Of a stretch of 64,000 nt of DNA, positions 20,064 through 34,688 are shown piece after piece. The notes under the pieces were generated by a model. That model saw only the letters and a program-made list of their open reading frames with translations, was not told the DNA's origin and made no database searches. Position 1 is the stretch's first letter. Each line of letters starts with the position of its first letter. The stretch is from a bacterium (GTDB taxonomy: Bacteria > Bacteroidota > Bacteroidia > Bacteroidales > UBA932): positions 25,287 to 89,286 of the forward strand of contig CAVGLS010000001.1 in the NCBI GenBank assembly GCA_963630225.1, written 5' to 3'. The position numbers and the translations under genes were made by a program.

Positions 20064-22052
20064 ATGAAAAGATTCCGTTCCTTCTGCATCGTCATCGCGC
20101 TTGCGCTGCTTGCGGGCTGCAACAAGCACTCCACAACTCCCGACCCGGGCCCCTCCCCTACTCCTGAGATTCCGGAGAGGACAGGCGAGAGCGGCATCAC
20201 CTACCAGCTGCTCGTGTATTCGTTCGCCGACAGCGACGGCGACGGCTGCGGGGACTTCAAGGGAATAGAATCCAAGCTCGACTATCTCAAACAGATGGGG
20301 GTGCAGGCCCTCTGGCTCTCCCCTATCCACAAGGCTTCCTCCTACCACGGCTACGATGTGCTCGACTACTCGAGCGTCAATCCGGACTACGGCACGGAGG
20401 AGGATTTCAAGTCCCTCGTCGGCGCGGCACACCGGAAGGGCATCAAGATATATCTTGACTATGTGCTGAACCATACTTCCAAGGACCATCCTTGGTTTCT
20501 CGACGCGAAAACGGACGCGGACAGCAAGTACCGCGACTATTATATATTCTCCGACGACCCGCGCTCCGACATCAGGGCCGGCAAGATTGCGATGATCTCC
20601 ACCGAAGGCGCGGGCGGATACGACTCCGGGCAGTGGTTTCCGGCGGTGAGCGGCGGCGACGGAGCGCAGAAGCTCAAGTTTACGCTCGCGCTCGACTCGT
20701 CCGGCAAACCTTCCACCCTCACGGTGGAGAAGACCGACGATGTGGGCAACAGCGGCGCCCCGGCAGGCATCTGGCTCTACTACGGCGACAACCTGATGCA
20801 GGAGTTCCGCTCCGCAGGCTCGGGTCTGTGCACCCTGTCGCTCGAGCTCCAGACCTCCTGGGGAGTGCTCGTAAGGACCAGCCAGAGCCAGTGGGACAGC
20901 CACAAATACGGAGCGCCGACCGGCAAGAACCGGCTCTCCTGGGGCGATCCGCTGAAGCTCTCCAACAGCGACAGCCAGGACATACTCCTGCCCGATATGG
21001 CCACCACTATGTACCACTCCCACTTCTGGACGGCCTGGTTTGCCGATCTCAACTACGGGCCCGCCTCCGAGTGCGAGACTTCAGAGGCGTTCAAGGCCGT
21101 CTGCGAGAGCGCCGACAAGTGGATAGGGCTCGGGGTGGACGGATTCCGGCTCGATGCCGTAAAGCATATCTACCACAATGCCTCCTCGGACGAGAACCCG
21201 ACGTTCCTCAAGAAATTCTACGACCGCTGCAACACATCCTACAAGGCTGCGGGCGGCAGCGGGGACATCTACATGGTGGGCGAGCACTTCAGCTCCGCCG
21301 CCGAGGTCGCGCCTTACTACAAGGGGATCCCGGCATTCTTCGAATTCAGCTTCTGGTGGACACTCAAGGATGCCATCAACTCCGGCACGGGCGGTGACTT
21401 CGTGGGCACGATACAGGGCTTCACCGGAGAATACTCCAAGTACCGCTCCGACTACATCGAGGCCACCAAGCTCTCCAACCACGACGAAGACAGGGCCGGC
21501 AACGACCTCGGACGCGACCGGGAGAAGATGAAGCTGGCCGCAGCGGTGCTGCTTACCGCCGGAGGGCAGCCTTACATCTATCAGGGCGAGGAGCTCGGCT
21601 ACTGGGGCTCCAAGTCGGGAGGCGACGAATATGTCCGCACCCCTATGATGTGGACCGCCGATGTGAGCGGGCTCGCGTCAGCGAAGCTCGGCGGCAAGAT
21701 CGACTACAATATGCTGAGCGCCGACATCTCGGTGGAGGCCCAGAGCCAGGACAGCGAATCGGTGCTTGCGGTCTACCGTCGGTTCGGCGAACTCCGCGAC
21801 CGCTACGCTTCCCTTGCCAAGGGCAGCTTCGACTTCTGCGCCGAAGTATCCTCAACCCCTGCGGTGTCGGCCTGGTACAGAAGCTACGGCGGGCAGAGGG
21901 TGCTGGTGGTGCACAACTTCGGCGGGGCCAAGACCAGCGTCAACCTCTCCTCCGACAATCTCGACAATCCTATAGGCACACAGGGCTCCGTCGCCGTCAA
22001 CGGCAGCAGGCTGACGCTCGGTCCGCGGGCATCGGCGGTGTTCCTCCAATAA
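20064..22052 (+). CDS. susG: SusG-like lipoprotein alpha-amylase (GH13) with an internal CBM58-like insertion
   Basis: Lipobox LAGC; YQLLVYSFADSDGDG, SYHGYD, DGFRLDAVKH, VGEH, LSNHDEDR; long insert between LNHTS and ADLNY. Confidence 0.87.
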   Translation: MKRFRSFCIVIALALLAGCNKHSTTPDPGPSPTPEIPERTGESGITYQLLVYSFADSDGDGCGDFKGIESKLDYLKQMGVQALWLSPIHKASSYHGYDVLDYSSVNPDYGTEEDFKSLVGAAHRKGIKIYLDYVLNHTSKDHPWFLDAKTDADSKYRDYYIFSDDPRSDIRAGKIAMISTEGAGGYDSGQWFPAVSGGDGAQKLKFTLALDSSGKPSTLTVEKTDDVGNSGAPAGIWLYYGDNLMQEFRSAGSGLCTLSLELQTSWGVLVRTSQSQWDSHKYGAPTGKNRLSWGDPLKLSNSDSQDILLPDMATTMYHSHFWTAWFADLNYGPASECETSEAFKAVCESADKWIGLGVDGFRLDAVKHIYHNASSDENPTFLKKFYDRCNTSYKAAGGSGDIYMVGEHFSSAAEVAPYYKGIPAFFEFSFWWTLKDAINSGTGGDFVGTIQGFTGEYSKYRSDYIEATKLSNHDEDRAGNDLGRDREKMKLAAAVLLTAGGQPYIYQGEELGYWGSKSGGDEYVRTPMMWTADVSGLASAKLGGKIDYNMLSADISVEAQSQDSESVLAVYRRFGELRDRYASLAKGSFDFCAEVSSTPAVSAWYRSYGGQRVLVVHNFGGAKTSVNLSSDNLDNPIGTQGSVAVNGSRLTLGPRASAVFLQ

Positions 22053-22066
22053 ACCCATATCCCTCT

Positions 22067-27219
<5,153 letters not shown>

Positions 27220-27222
<3 letters not shown>

Positions 27223-27227
27223 TTTTG
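27220..27227 (+). promoter_or_regulatory. Possible internal -7 promoter element for malQ
   Basis: TAATTTTG overlapping the GH97 stop codon, 23 bp before the ATG at 27251. Confidence 0.5.
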
Positions 27228-27250
27228 TGCCCGTTTTTCCGGAGAAGAAT

Positions 27251-29119
27251 ATGGAAGTAAGATTTGCGATAAAATACTGGACCGAGTGGGGCGAGAGTCT
27301 CACCCTGATGCTCGGCGGCAAGAAATACCCTATGGAATGGGGCGACGGCGCCGTCTGGCACGTGACCGTCAAGAACTGCAGCGCCGCAGCGCTCAAGGAC
27401 TACGGCTATGTGGTGATGCGCGGCGGACTGATATGGCGCACGGAGTGGAAGCACCACAGCTCCCGGCTCGCCAAGATCATCGAAGACCGGTGGATTGACT
27501 GCCCGATAGAGGGCTGCCCTTTCCCCCGCGAGCACCAGGCGGCGATGTTCGACCGTCCGGGTTTCAGGGGAGCGGGCACGGCGGTGCCGGTGTTCTCCCT
27601 CAGGAGCAGCGACGACTTCGGAGTCGGAGAATTCCGCGACCTGCACGCTCTGATCGACTGGGCTGCGGCCACCGGACAGTGCATACTCCAGCTCCTTCCG
27701 GTCAACGACACCACCCGCAAAGGGGAATGGAAGGATTCGTACCCCTACAGCCCGGTGTCGTCGTTTGCGCTGCACCCTATGTATATGCACCTGCAGAGCC
27801 TCGGCATCAGGGAGAACGCCGAGTTCAAGAAGCTCCAGAGCGAGCTGAACTCCCTGCCGGAAATCGACTGGCCGAGAGTGTTCAAGGCAAAGATGAAGTA
27901 TATACGGGAGGCTTTCGTCCGGCGCGGAGAGAAGGATATGAAGACTCCGGGATTCAAGGCTTTCGTCAAGGACAACGAGGCCTGGCTCGACGAATACGCC
28001 AAGTTCTGCGCGATGCGCGACTCTCTGGAGGCCGACTACTACCGCTGGATGCAGTGGCATCTGGACAGGCAGTTCTACGCCGAGGCCAAGTATGCCCGCA
28101 GCAAGGGGATCTCCCTCAAAGGTGACTTGCCTATCGGAGTCAGCTCCGACAGCGCGGAAGCCTACTGGCACCCCGAGCTCTTCAACCTCGACTCCTCCGC
28201 CGGCGCTCCGCCCGACTTCTTCAGCAAGGACGGCCAGAACTGGGGCTTCCCGACCTACAACTGGGACGCTATGGCAAAGGACGACTATGCGTGGTGGAAG
28301 TCCCGTCTGCGCAAGATGTCGCGCTACTTCGACGCTTTCCGCATCGACCATATCCTCGGGTTCTTCCGCATCTGGGAGATCCCTGCCGACAGGAGCAGCG
28401 GACTCGACGGGCATTTCAACCCCGCCCTGCCGTATTCCGCCGAGGAGATCGGTCAGATGGGGCTGCCTCTGGAGGGTCTCTTCCACGAGGACCCGCGCAA
28501 TCCGGGGATGTACCAGCCTCTCATCTGCCCGGACTCGCAGCGGCTTCCGCAGTGGCAGCAGGAGAGGTTCGGCGCCCTCTACAACGACTTTTTCTACCAC
28601 CGTCACGAGGAGTTCTGGCGCCGCAACGCGGAGAAGAAACTTCCCGCCCTGCTCGCTGCGACCGGGATGCTCGCCTGCGGCGAAGACCTGGGGATGGTGC
28701 CGGGCTGCGTGGCGGGAGTGATGGAGCACGAGAAGATACTCTCGCTGAAGATGCGCGGGATGCAGAACGAGGGAGCGTGGAACGCCCTCAGCGTCTGCGC
28801 CACTTCCAGCCACGATATGGAGACCCTGCGCATGCAGTGCGACCACGACCCCGAGCCGTGGGAGATCAGGAATATGCTATGGGAGTTTCTCGCGTCACCT
28901 TCGATGCTGGCGATATTCCCGCTTCAGGACTGGCTCGCGCTGGATCCGTCGCTCCGACGTCCGGAGAGAGGGGAGGAGAGGATCAACCAGCCGGCGGACT
29001 CCAACCACCACTGGCGTTTCCGCCTGCATATAGGGCTCGACCGTCTCGCCGACGCATCACGGCTCAACTCCACCATCTGCGGCCTGGTCAAGGACAGCGG
29101 ACGCCACCACAACCAATAG
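27251..29119 (+). CDS. malQ: 4-alpha-glucanotransferase (GH77) with a degenerate CBM20-like N-terminus
   Basis: PVFSLRS, QLLPVNDT, KGDLPIG, GAPPDFF..GQNWGFP, RIDHILGFFRIW, GEDLG, SSHD, ERINQP. Confidence 0.93.
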   Translation: MEVRFAIKYWTEWGESLTLMLGGKKYPMEWGDGAVWHVTVKNCSAAALKDYGYVVMRGGLIWRTEWKHHSSRLAKIIEDRWIDCPIEGCPFPREHQAAMFDRPGFRGAGTAVPVFSLRSSDDFGVGEFRDLHALIDWAAATGQCILQLLPVNDTTRKGEWKDSYPYSPVSSFALHPMYMHLQSLGIRENAEFKKLQSELNSLPEIDWPRVFKAKMKYIREAFVRRGEKDMKTPGFKAFVKDNEAWLDEYAKFCAMRDSLEADYYRWMQWHLDRQFYAEAKYARSKGISLKGDLPIGVSSDSAEAYWHPELFNLDSSAGAPPDFFSKDGQNWGFPTYNWDAMAKDDYAWWKSRLRKMSRYFDAFRIDHILGFFRIWEIPADRSSGLDGHFNPALPYSAEEIGQMGLPLEGLFHEDPRNPGMYQPLICPDSQRLPQWQQERFGALYNDFFYHRHEEFWRRNAEKKLPALLAATGMLACGEDLGMVPGCVAGVMEHEKILSLKMRGMQNEGAWNALSVCATSSHDMETLRMQCDHDPEPWEIRNMLWEFLASPSMLAIFPLQDWLALDPSLRRPERGEERINQPADSNHHWRFRLHIGLDRLADASRLNSTICGLVKDSGRHHNQ

Positions 29120-29177
29120 GGGTCGGAGGAGGGCTGACTGACAGATCCCGCACAGGGACCGCAGCCTCCGCCGTCTC

Positions 29178-30020
29178 CTACTCCGCCACCGCAAAGTCTC
29201 TGGTGAACTTGATGCCCCTGCGGGTTTCGAGCAGGAGGTTGTCGGTGTAGAAGGTGAGGGTCGCCTCTCCGGGCTTGCTGTCCGCTATCTTGACGTCAAA
29301 GACGGTCTGACCGTCGTAGAAATCCGCCACCACCCTGAAGGTATAGCCGCTGTCGGTGAATACGCAATGTGCCGGGTCGAAGTGATACGGCCCGTAGAAG
29401 CAGTATTCTGCAGACTCGCTCGTCGCCATGGCCCTCCAGTCGCGGTAGAGCCTGATCACGATGTCGTCGACGGAGTAGCGTCCGACGCAGAAGGAGCTCT
29501 CCTCCACCATCTTCTCCTCCCCGCCGGGGAGCAGGGCATAGACCCCCGTCCCCGAGACGTCGCTCTTCTCATAGATCTTCTCCACTCCATCGAAGCCGAA
29601 CAGAGGTCCGGCAGGGCTCACATCGCCGGTCTGCAAAGCGTCTATGATATTGATCATCTCCACCTTGCCGTCCGAGCGGAGAAAACAGAGCACGGGGTTC
29701 ATGGCGTTGCCCATATTGGAAGCGAGCAGAGAGCTGTACTTCCATCCTCCCAGCTCCTTGCTGCTGACATAGAACTCGTTGCCGCCCTCTCCGAAGCGCA
29801 GCGGTATGTGCCAGTCGGCGGCGATGGCGTAGCACTTGTCCAGATCGAAAGATATCAACACGGTGCCGTCCGGGAACAGCTCCGCCGTGTAGAGGTCCAT
29901 CACCGGGTCGGTAACCTTGGTCTGCTGGCCGGCCGTCAAGGAGTTGCGGGAAGCGGCGTTGCCGCAGGAGACGGCGGCGCAGAGCGCGAGAGCCGCAAGG
30001 GTTCTGAGCGGGCGTCCCAT
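29178..30020 (-). CDS. Hypothetical lipoprotein
   Basis: Signal peptide with AVSC lipobox; starts 2 bp after the floA stop; no recognised domain. Confidence 0.7.
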   Translation of the reverse strand: MGRPLRTLAALALCAAVSCGNAASRNSLTAGQQTKVTDPVMDLYTAELFPDGTVLISFDLDKCYAIAADWHIPLRFGEGGNEFYVSSKELGGWKYSSLLASNMGNAMNPVLCFLRSDGKVEMINIIDALQTGDVSPAGPLFGFDGVEKIYEKSDVSGTGVYALLPGGEEKMVEESSFCVGRYSVDDIVIRLYRDWRAMATSESAEYCFYGPYHFDPAHCVFTDSGYTFRVVADFYDGQTVFDVKIADSKPGEATLTFYTDNLLLETRRGIKFTRDFAVAE

Positions 30021-30022
30021 AG

Positions 30023-30967
30023 CTACTTCGCGATTGTCTCGCGCATATCGGTGTCCGCCTGGATGTTCTTCATCCTGTAGTAGTCCATGATCCCGAGATT
30101 GCCCGTGCGGAACGCTTCAGCCATCGCGAGAGGCACTTCGGCTTCGGCCTCAATGACCTTGGCCCTGGCTTCCTGCGCCTTGGCCTTCATCTCCTGCTCG
30201 AGAGCCACGGCCATAGCCCTGCGCTCCTCGGCACGCGCCTGCGCGATGTTCTTGTCGGCGTCGGCCTGGTCCATCTGCAGCACCGCGCCGATATTTTTGC
30301 CCACATCGATGTCGGCTATGTCGATGGAGAGTATTTCGTAGGCCGTCCCCGCGTCGAGGCCCTTGTTGAGCACGACTTTGGAGATGCTGTCAGGGTGCTC
30401 GAGCACCGACTTGTGCGACTCGGAGGAACCGATGCTGCTGACGATACCCTCACCGACTCTCGCAAGGATGGTCTCCTCTCCCGCGCCGCCGACAAGCTGC
30501 TTGATGTTGGCACGCACGGTGACGCGGGCCTTGGCTATGAGCTGGATGCCGTCCTTGGCGACCGCCGTCACCGGAGGGGTGTTGATGACTTTGGGATTGA
30601 CGGACATCTGCACGGCCTCAAGCACGTCGCGTCCGGCAAGGTCTATGGCGGAAGCCATCTTGAAGTCGAGCATAATGTTGGCCTTGTTGGCGGAGATGAG
30701 GGCCATCACCACCTTGGTCACATTGCCCTTTGCGAGGTAGTGGGCTTCGAGTTCGTTGGCCTTGAGGCTGAGCCCGGCCTTGGTGCCTGTAATCATCGCC
30801 ATCACGATAGTATGCGGGTTCACCCCCCTCCAGCGCATCAGGACGAGCTGAAGCAGAGACACATACACCCCGGAGAGCACGGCCTGGAACCACAAAGCCA
30901 CCGGGAAGAACCAGAGCACGATGATGAGCGCTACGACGATTATCGCAGCAAGAAGGATTGGATTCAT
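30023..30967 (-). CDS. floA: Flotillin-like protein FloA (YqfA/UPF0365)
   Basis: [50 protein letters not shown]. Confidence 0.95.
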   Translation of the reverse strand: MNPILLAAIIVVALIIVLWFFPVALWFQAVLSGVYVSLLQLVLMRWRGVNPHTIVMAMITGTKAGLSLKANELEAHYLAKGNVTKVVMALISANKANIMLDFKMASAIDLAGRDVLEAVQMSVNPKVINTPPVTAVAKDGIQLIAKARVTVRANIKQLVGGAGEETILARVGEGIVSSIGSSESHKSVLEHPDSISKVVLNKGLDAGTAYEILSIDIADIDVGKNIGAVLQMDQADADKNIAQARAEERRAMAVALEQEMKAKAQEARAKVIEAEAEVPLAMAEAFRTGNLGIMDYYRMKNIQADTDMRETIAK

Positions 30968-30968
30968 T

Positions 30969-31439
30969 TTATTGTTCTGTTAATGGTTTTACTGTCACTT
31001 GGTTGTCTTCGATGGAGATGATTTCCAGAGGAGTGCCGGCATCGATCAGCGAGTTGTCGTCCGACTTCACCTCGCAGCTGACTTCCCCAAATCTGCCCGT
31101 CCCCATCGGGGCGAGACGGGTCTGCGCCAGACCCCTCTGTCCGGCGGCCAGCCTGCGGGACTCGTCGTTGACCTTGGAGTGTATCTCGGTCTTGAGCTCA
31201 AATCGCCGCCAGGTCCGCGAGCGGAGCGAGATCACCACCGCCGCAACGATCATCACAATCACCGCCACGAGCACTGTCCAGCCTACCGAGTCTCCGATGT
31301 AAACAAAACTGTACCAGCACGCTGCGCCAAGCGACAGAAGGCTCAGAAAACCTCCGATCCCGACTCCCGGGACAAGGAGCAGCTCAACCAGCATAAAGAG
31401 TATGCCCGCAATGATCAGGGCAACCGTAATCCACCACAT
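30969..31439 (-). CDS. Short NfeD-family membrane protein
   Basis: Three TM segments with [10 protein letters not shown] and a C-terminal OB-fold pattern (TRLAPMG, IDAGTPL); directly upstream of floA. Confidence 0.87.
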   Translation of the reverse strand: MWWITVALIIAGILFMLVELLLVPGVGIGGFLSLLSLGAACWYSFVYIGDSVGWTVLVAVIVMIVAAVVISLRSRTWRRFELKTEIHSKVNDESRRLAAGQRGLAQTRLAPMGTGRFGEVSCEVKSDDNSLIDAGTPLEIISIEDNQVTVKPLTEQ

Positions 31440-31463
31440 AGATATAGAGTTTTGGTCGTTTTG

Positions 31464-31520
31464 CAAAGATACAAAAAGCTGGCACAAAGTTTCTTTCTTT
31501 CGGGAAAAATACTAACTTTG
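31464..31520. promoter_or_regulatory. Divergent -7 elements for nfeD-floA (minus) and secDF (plus)
   Basis: TATCTTTG on minus at 31464-31471; TAACTTTG on plus at 31513-31520. Confidence 0.72.
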
Positions 31521-31558
31521 CGGACTATTTGGGATAATTATTTTAAAACCTATATTTT

Positions 31559-34500
31559 ATGCAAAGCAAAGGTGCTATCAGATTTGTGGCCATCTGCCTC
31601 ATTCTCGCCTGCCTTTGGCAGCTCTCCTTCACGCTTGTGACGAGCATCTGCACAAGGAAGGCCGACGCCGCCGCCGAGAAGGCCGTGGCGAACGTGATGA
31701 AGACGGCCGCATTCGCCGAAATTCCGGAGGGAGACAGGGCCTACTACCTCGACTCCATCAGGAAGATTGAAGCCCGCCGCTACACGGACTCCATCTCCAC
31801 CGAAAAAATCTATTTCGGCTACACGTTCAAGAGCGTACAGAACCAGGAAATCAACCTCGGACTTGACCTTAAGGGAGGCATGAACGTGATGCTGCAGGTG
31901 CAGCTCGAAGACCTCGTCAGGGCTCTCGCCGACCACAACACTTCACCGGAGTTCCTCAAGGCCGTCTCGCTCGCCAAGGAGCGCAGCGTCAACTCCCAGT
32001 CCGACTTCATCACCCTCTTCGCCGACGCGTGGAAAGAAGTCAGCGGCGGCAAGAGGCTCGCGCATATCTTCGGCACCGCGGATATGGGCGGGCGCATCAC
32101 CGGCAGCTCTTCTGACGAGCAGGTGATCAGCGTCATCCGCGAGGAGTCCGAGAGCGCCATCGCCAACTCGTTCAACGTGCTCCGCAACCGTATCGACCGC
32201 TTCGGCGTGACCCAGCCTTCCATCCAGAAGCTCGGCAACACCGGACGCATCCTCGTCGAACTCCCGGGCGTGAAGGAGCCGGAGCGTGTGCGCAAGCTGC
32301 TCCAGGGCACCGCATCCCTCGAATTCTGGACAACCTACACCAACCAGGAGATCGCTCCATACCTTGAGGAGGCCAACGCTCTCCTCGCCCAGCTGCTCTC
32401 GTCCGACGAGGCAGAGAAGACCGCCGCCGAGGAGGACGACCTCGTGTCCCGTGAGCTCAAGGCCCAGGGAGGAGAGGCTGACGAGGCCGACCTGGCCGCC
32501 TACAAAAAGGCCAACCCGCTCTTCGCGGTGCTCTCCCCGTCACAGTTCCGCGACAACGCCTGCATCGGTCTCGCCGCTGCGGCCGACACCGCTCTCGTGA
32601 ACAAATATCTCAATATGCCTGAAGTTGAGGCTCTCTTCCCTGCCGAGTTCCGCCCGATGTGGTCTGTGAAGCCGACTTCATATATCCAGAACAGCAACAT
32701 CTACGAGCTCGTGGCCATCAAGGCTTCGTCCCGTGACGGCAAGGCTCCGCTCGACGGAGGCGTGGTCACCAACGCCCGCGTGGACTACAACGACCGCCGC
32801 GGCGGCGAACCGGGAGTGTCGATGACTATGAACTCCGTCGGCGCCAACACCTGGGCCCGCCTCACCAAGGATAACATCGGCCGCCAGGTCGCCATCGTGC
32901 TCGACGGCACCGTATATTCTTACCCTACCGTACAGACCGAGATCACCGGAGGCCAGTCCTCCATCACCGGCAACTTCTCCATCGAGGAGGCTACCGACCT
33001 TGCCAACGTGCTCAACTCCGGTAAGCTTCCCGCCCCTGCCACCATCGTTCAGGAGCAGGTGGTAGGACCTTCCCTCGGTGCGGAGTCCATCCGTTCCGGT
33101 TTCATCTCGTTCATCATCGCGTTCTGCCTTGTCCTCCTCTATATGATCTTCTTCTACAAGGGAGCGGGACTTGCGGCGGACGTGGCGCTTCTCACCAACG
33201 TGGTGCTCCTCTTCGGCACCCTGTCGGCGTTCGGAGCAGTGCTCACGCTGCCGGGCATCGCGGGTCTCGTCCTGACTATGGGTATGGCGGTGGACGCCAA
33301 CGTGATCATATATGAGCGCATCAAGGAGGAGCTCAAGGCCGGCAAGGGTCTGGGCAAGGCTGTCCAGGACGGCTATTCCAACGCCTACTCCGCCATCATC
33401 GACGGTCAGGTGACCACCCTCCTCACCGGTATCGTGCTCTTCTTCTTCGGCTCAGGTCCTATCAAGGGCTTCGCCACCACGCTCATCATCGGTATCATCA
33501 CCTCCGTGCTCACCTCCATCTTCATCACCCGTCTCATTCTGGACGACCGTGTGAACAAGGGCAAGAGCATTGCTTTCGAGACCAAGCTCACCAGGAACTT
33601 CCTCAAGAACACGCACATCAACTTCCTCTCCGGGAAGAAGTGGTCCTACACCGTCTCCGGCGCGCTCATCGTGATCGCCATCCTCTCGATGTGCTTCAAG
33701 GGCTTCACCTACGGCGTGGACTTCACCGGAGGCCGCACCTATGTGGTTCGCTTCGATAAGCCTGTGACCGCGGAAGAGGTCCGTCAGGCCACCAACAAGG
33801 TCTTCGAGGCCGCAGCCGCAGCCAACCCTGACGTCGCCGCCTCTTCAGTCGAGGTCAAGCAGTTCGGCGGAGAGAGCCAGATGAAGATCACCACCGCCTA
33901 TAAGTTTGAAGACGAGTCTTCTGCGGTGGACACCGAGATCGAGGGTATGCTCTACGAGTCCCTGAGAGGACTCTACGCGGAGGGCCTCACTCTCGCCGAG
34001 TTCACTTCCACTCTCGAGAACCCTAACGGTATCATATCTTCCGACAAGGTCGGCGCGTCGATTGCCAACGACATCAAGCGCAACGCCATCATCTCCATCA
34101 TTCTCGCCCTGTTCGTGATCTTCGCCTACATCGCGGCGCGGTTCAAGGGCTGGACCTGGGGTCTGGGCGGCGTGGTTTCACTCGCCCACACGGCCATCAT
34201 CATCATCGGATTCTTCTCGCTCTTCAGCGGAATACTGCCGTTCAACCTCGATGTCGACCAGACATTCATCGCGGCCATCCTGACGATCATCGGCTACGCC
34301 ATCAACGATACCGTGGTCATCTTCGACCGTATCCGCGAGAACCTCGGGCTGCATCCTAACGACGACTTCCGCCAGATCACCAACAAGTCTCTCAACGCCA
34401 CCCTCACGCGTACCGTCAACACCTCAGTGTCAACCCTCCTCCCTATGCTTGCGATAGCAATCTTCGGCGGCGAGTCCATCAGAGGTCTTTCGGTCGCCCT

Positions 34501-34621
34501 GTGCCTTGGCGTCTGCATCGGAACCTACGCTTCCATCATGATTGCGACCCCGATTATGTACGACTGCACGATGAGGGCCCGCAGGAAAGCTGCAGAGAAA
34601 GCCCCGATCAAGAAGAAGTAA
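31559..34621 (+). CDS. secDF: Protein translocase subunit SecDF (fused)
   Basis: LGLDLKGG, RIDRFGV, VGPSLG, GMAVDANV..ERIKEE, GVDFTGG, GYAINDTVVIFDRIRE. Confidence 0.97.
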   Translation: MQSKGAIRFVAICLILACLWQLSFTLVTSICTRKADAAAEKAVANVMKTAAFAEIPEGDRAYYLDSIRKIEARRYTDSISTEKIYFGYTFKSVQNQEINLGLDLKGGMNVMLQVQLEDLVRALADHNTSPEFLKAVSLAKERSVNSQSDFITLFADAWKEVSGGKRLAHIFGTADMGGRITGSSSDEQVISVIREESESAIANSFNVLRNRIDRFGVTQPSIQKLGNTGRILVELPGVKEPERVRKLLQGTASLEFWTTYTNQEIAPYLEEANALLAQLLSSDEAEKTAAEEDDLVSRELKAQGGEADEADLAAYKKANPLFAVLSPSQFRDNACIGLAAAADTALVNKYLNMPEVEALFPAEFRPMWSVKPTSYIQNSNIYELVAIKASSRDGKAPLDGGVVTNARVDYNDRRGGEPGVSMTMNSVGANTWARLTKDNIGRQVAIVLDGTVYSYPTVQTEITGGQSSITGNFSIEEATDLANVLNSGKLPAPATIVQEQVVGPSLGAESIRSGFISFIIAFCLVLLYMIFFYKGAGLAADVALLTNVVLLFGTLSAFGAVLTLPGIAGLVLTMGMAVDANVIIYERIKEELKAGKGLGKAVQDGYSNAYSAIIDGQVTTLLTGIVLFFFGSGPIKGFATTLIIGIITSVLTSIFITRLILDDRVNKGKSIAFETKLTRNFLKNTHINFLSGKKWSYTVSGALIVIAILSMCFKGFTYGVDFTGGRTYVVRFDKPVTAEEVRQATNKVFEAAAAANPDVAASSVEVKQFGGESQMKITTAYKFEDESSAVDTEIEGMLYESLRGLYAEGLTLAEFTSTLENPNGIISSDKVGASIANDIKRNAIISIILALFVIFAYIAARFKGWTWGLGGVVSLAHTAIIIIGFFSLFSGILPFNLDVDQTFIAAILTIIGYAINDTVVIFDRIRENLGLHPNDDFRQITNKSLNATLTRTVNTSVSTLLPMLAIAIFGGESIRGLSVALCLGVCIGTYASIMIATPIMYDCTMRARRKAAEKAPIKKK

Positions 34622-34636
34622 TTTTTTCTGAATATC

Positions 34637-34674
34637 AAAACGTCCGGTCCGCCAAAAGGCCGGACGTTTTTTTT
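34637..34674 (+). terminator. Intrinsic terminator after secDF
   Basis: AAAACGTCCGG / CCGGACGTTTT inverted repeat plus T run; immediately followed by TATATTTG (34674-34681), a likely dnaE -7 element. Confidence 0.82.
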
Positions 34675-34688
34675 ATATTTGTACCGCT

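Noticed and set aside
21650..22066. 139-aa N-terminal extension of the double-GH13 ORF in the track
   Set aside because: Overlaps susG in another frame and is Arg-rich noise; the signal peptide and lipobox start at 22067.
29120..29177. GC-rich imperfect hairpin between convergent malQ and the lipoprotein gene
   Set aside because: Interrupted stem with no T tail; cannot be called a terminator or ncRNA with confidence.
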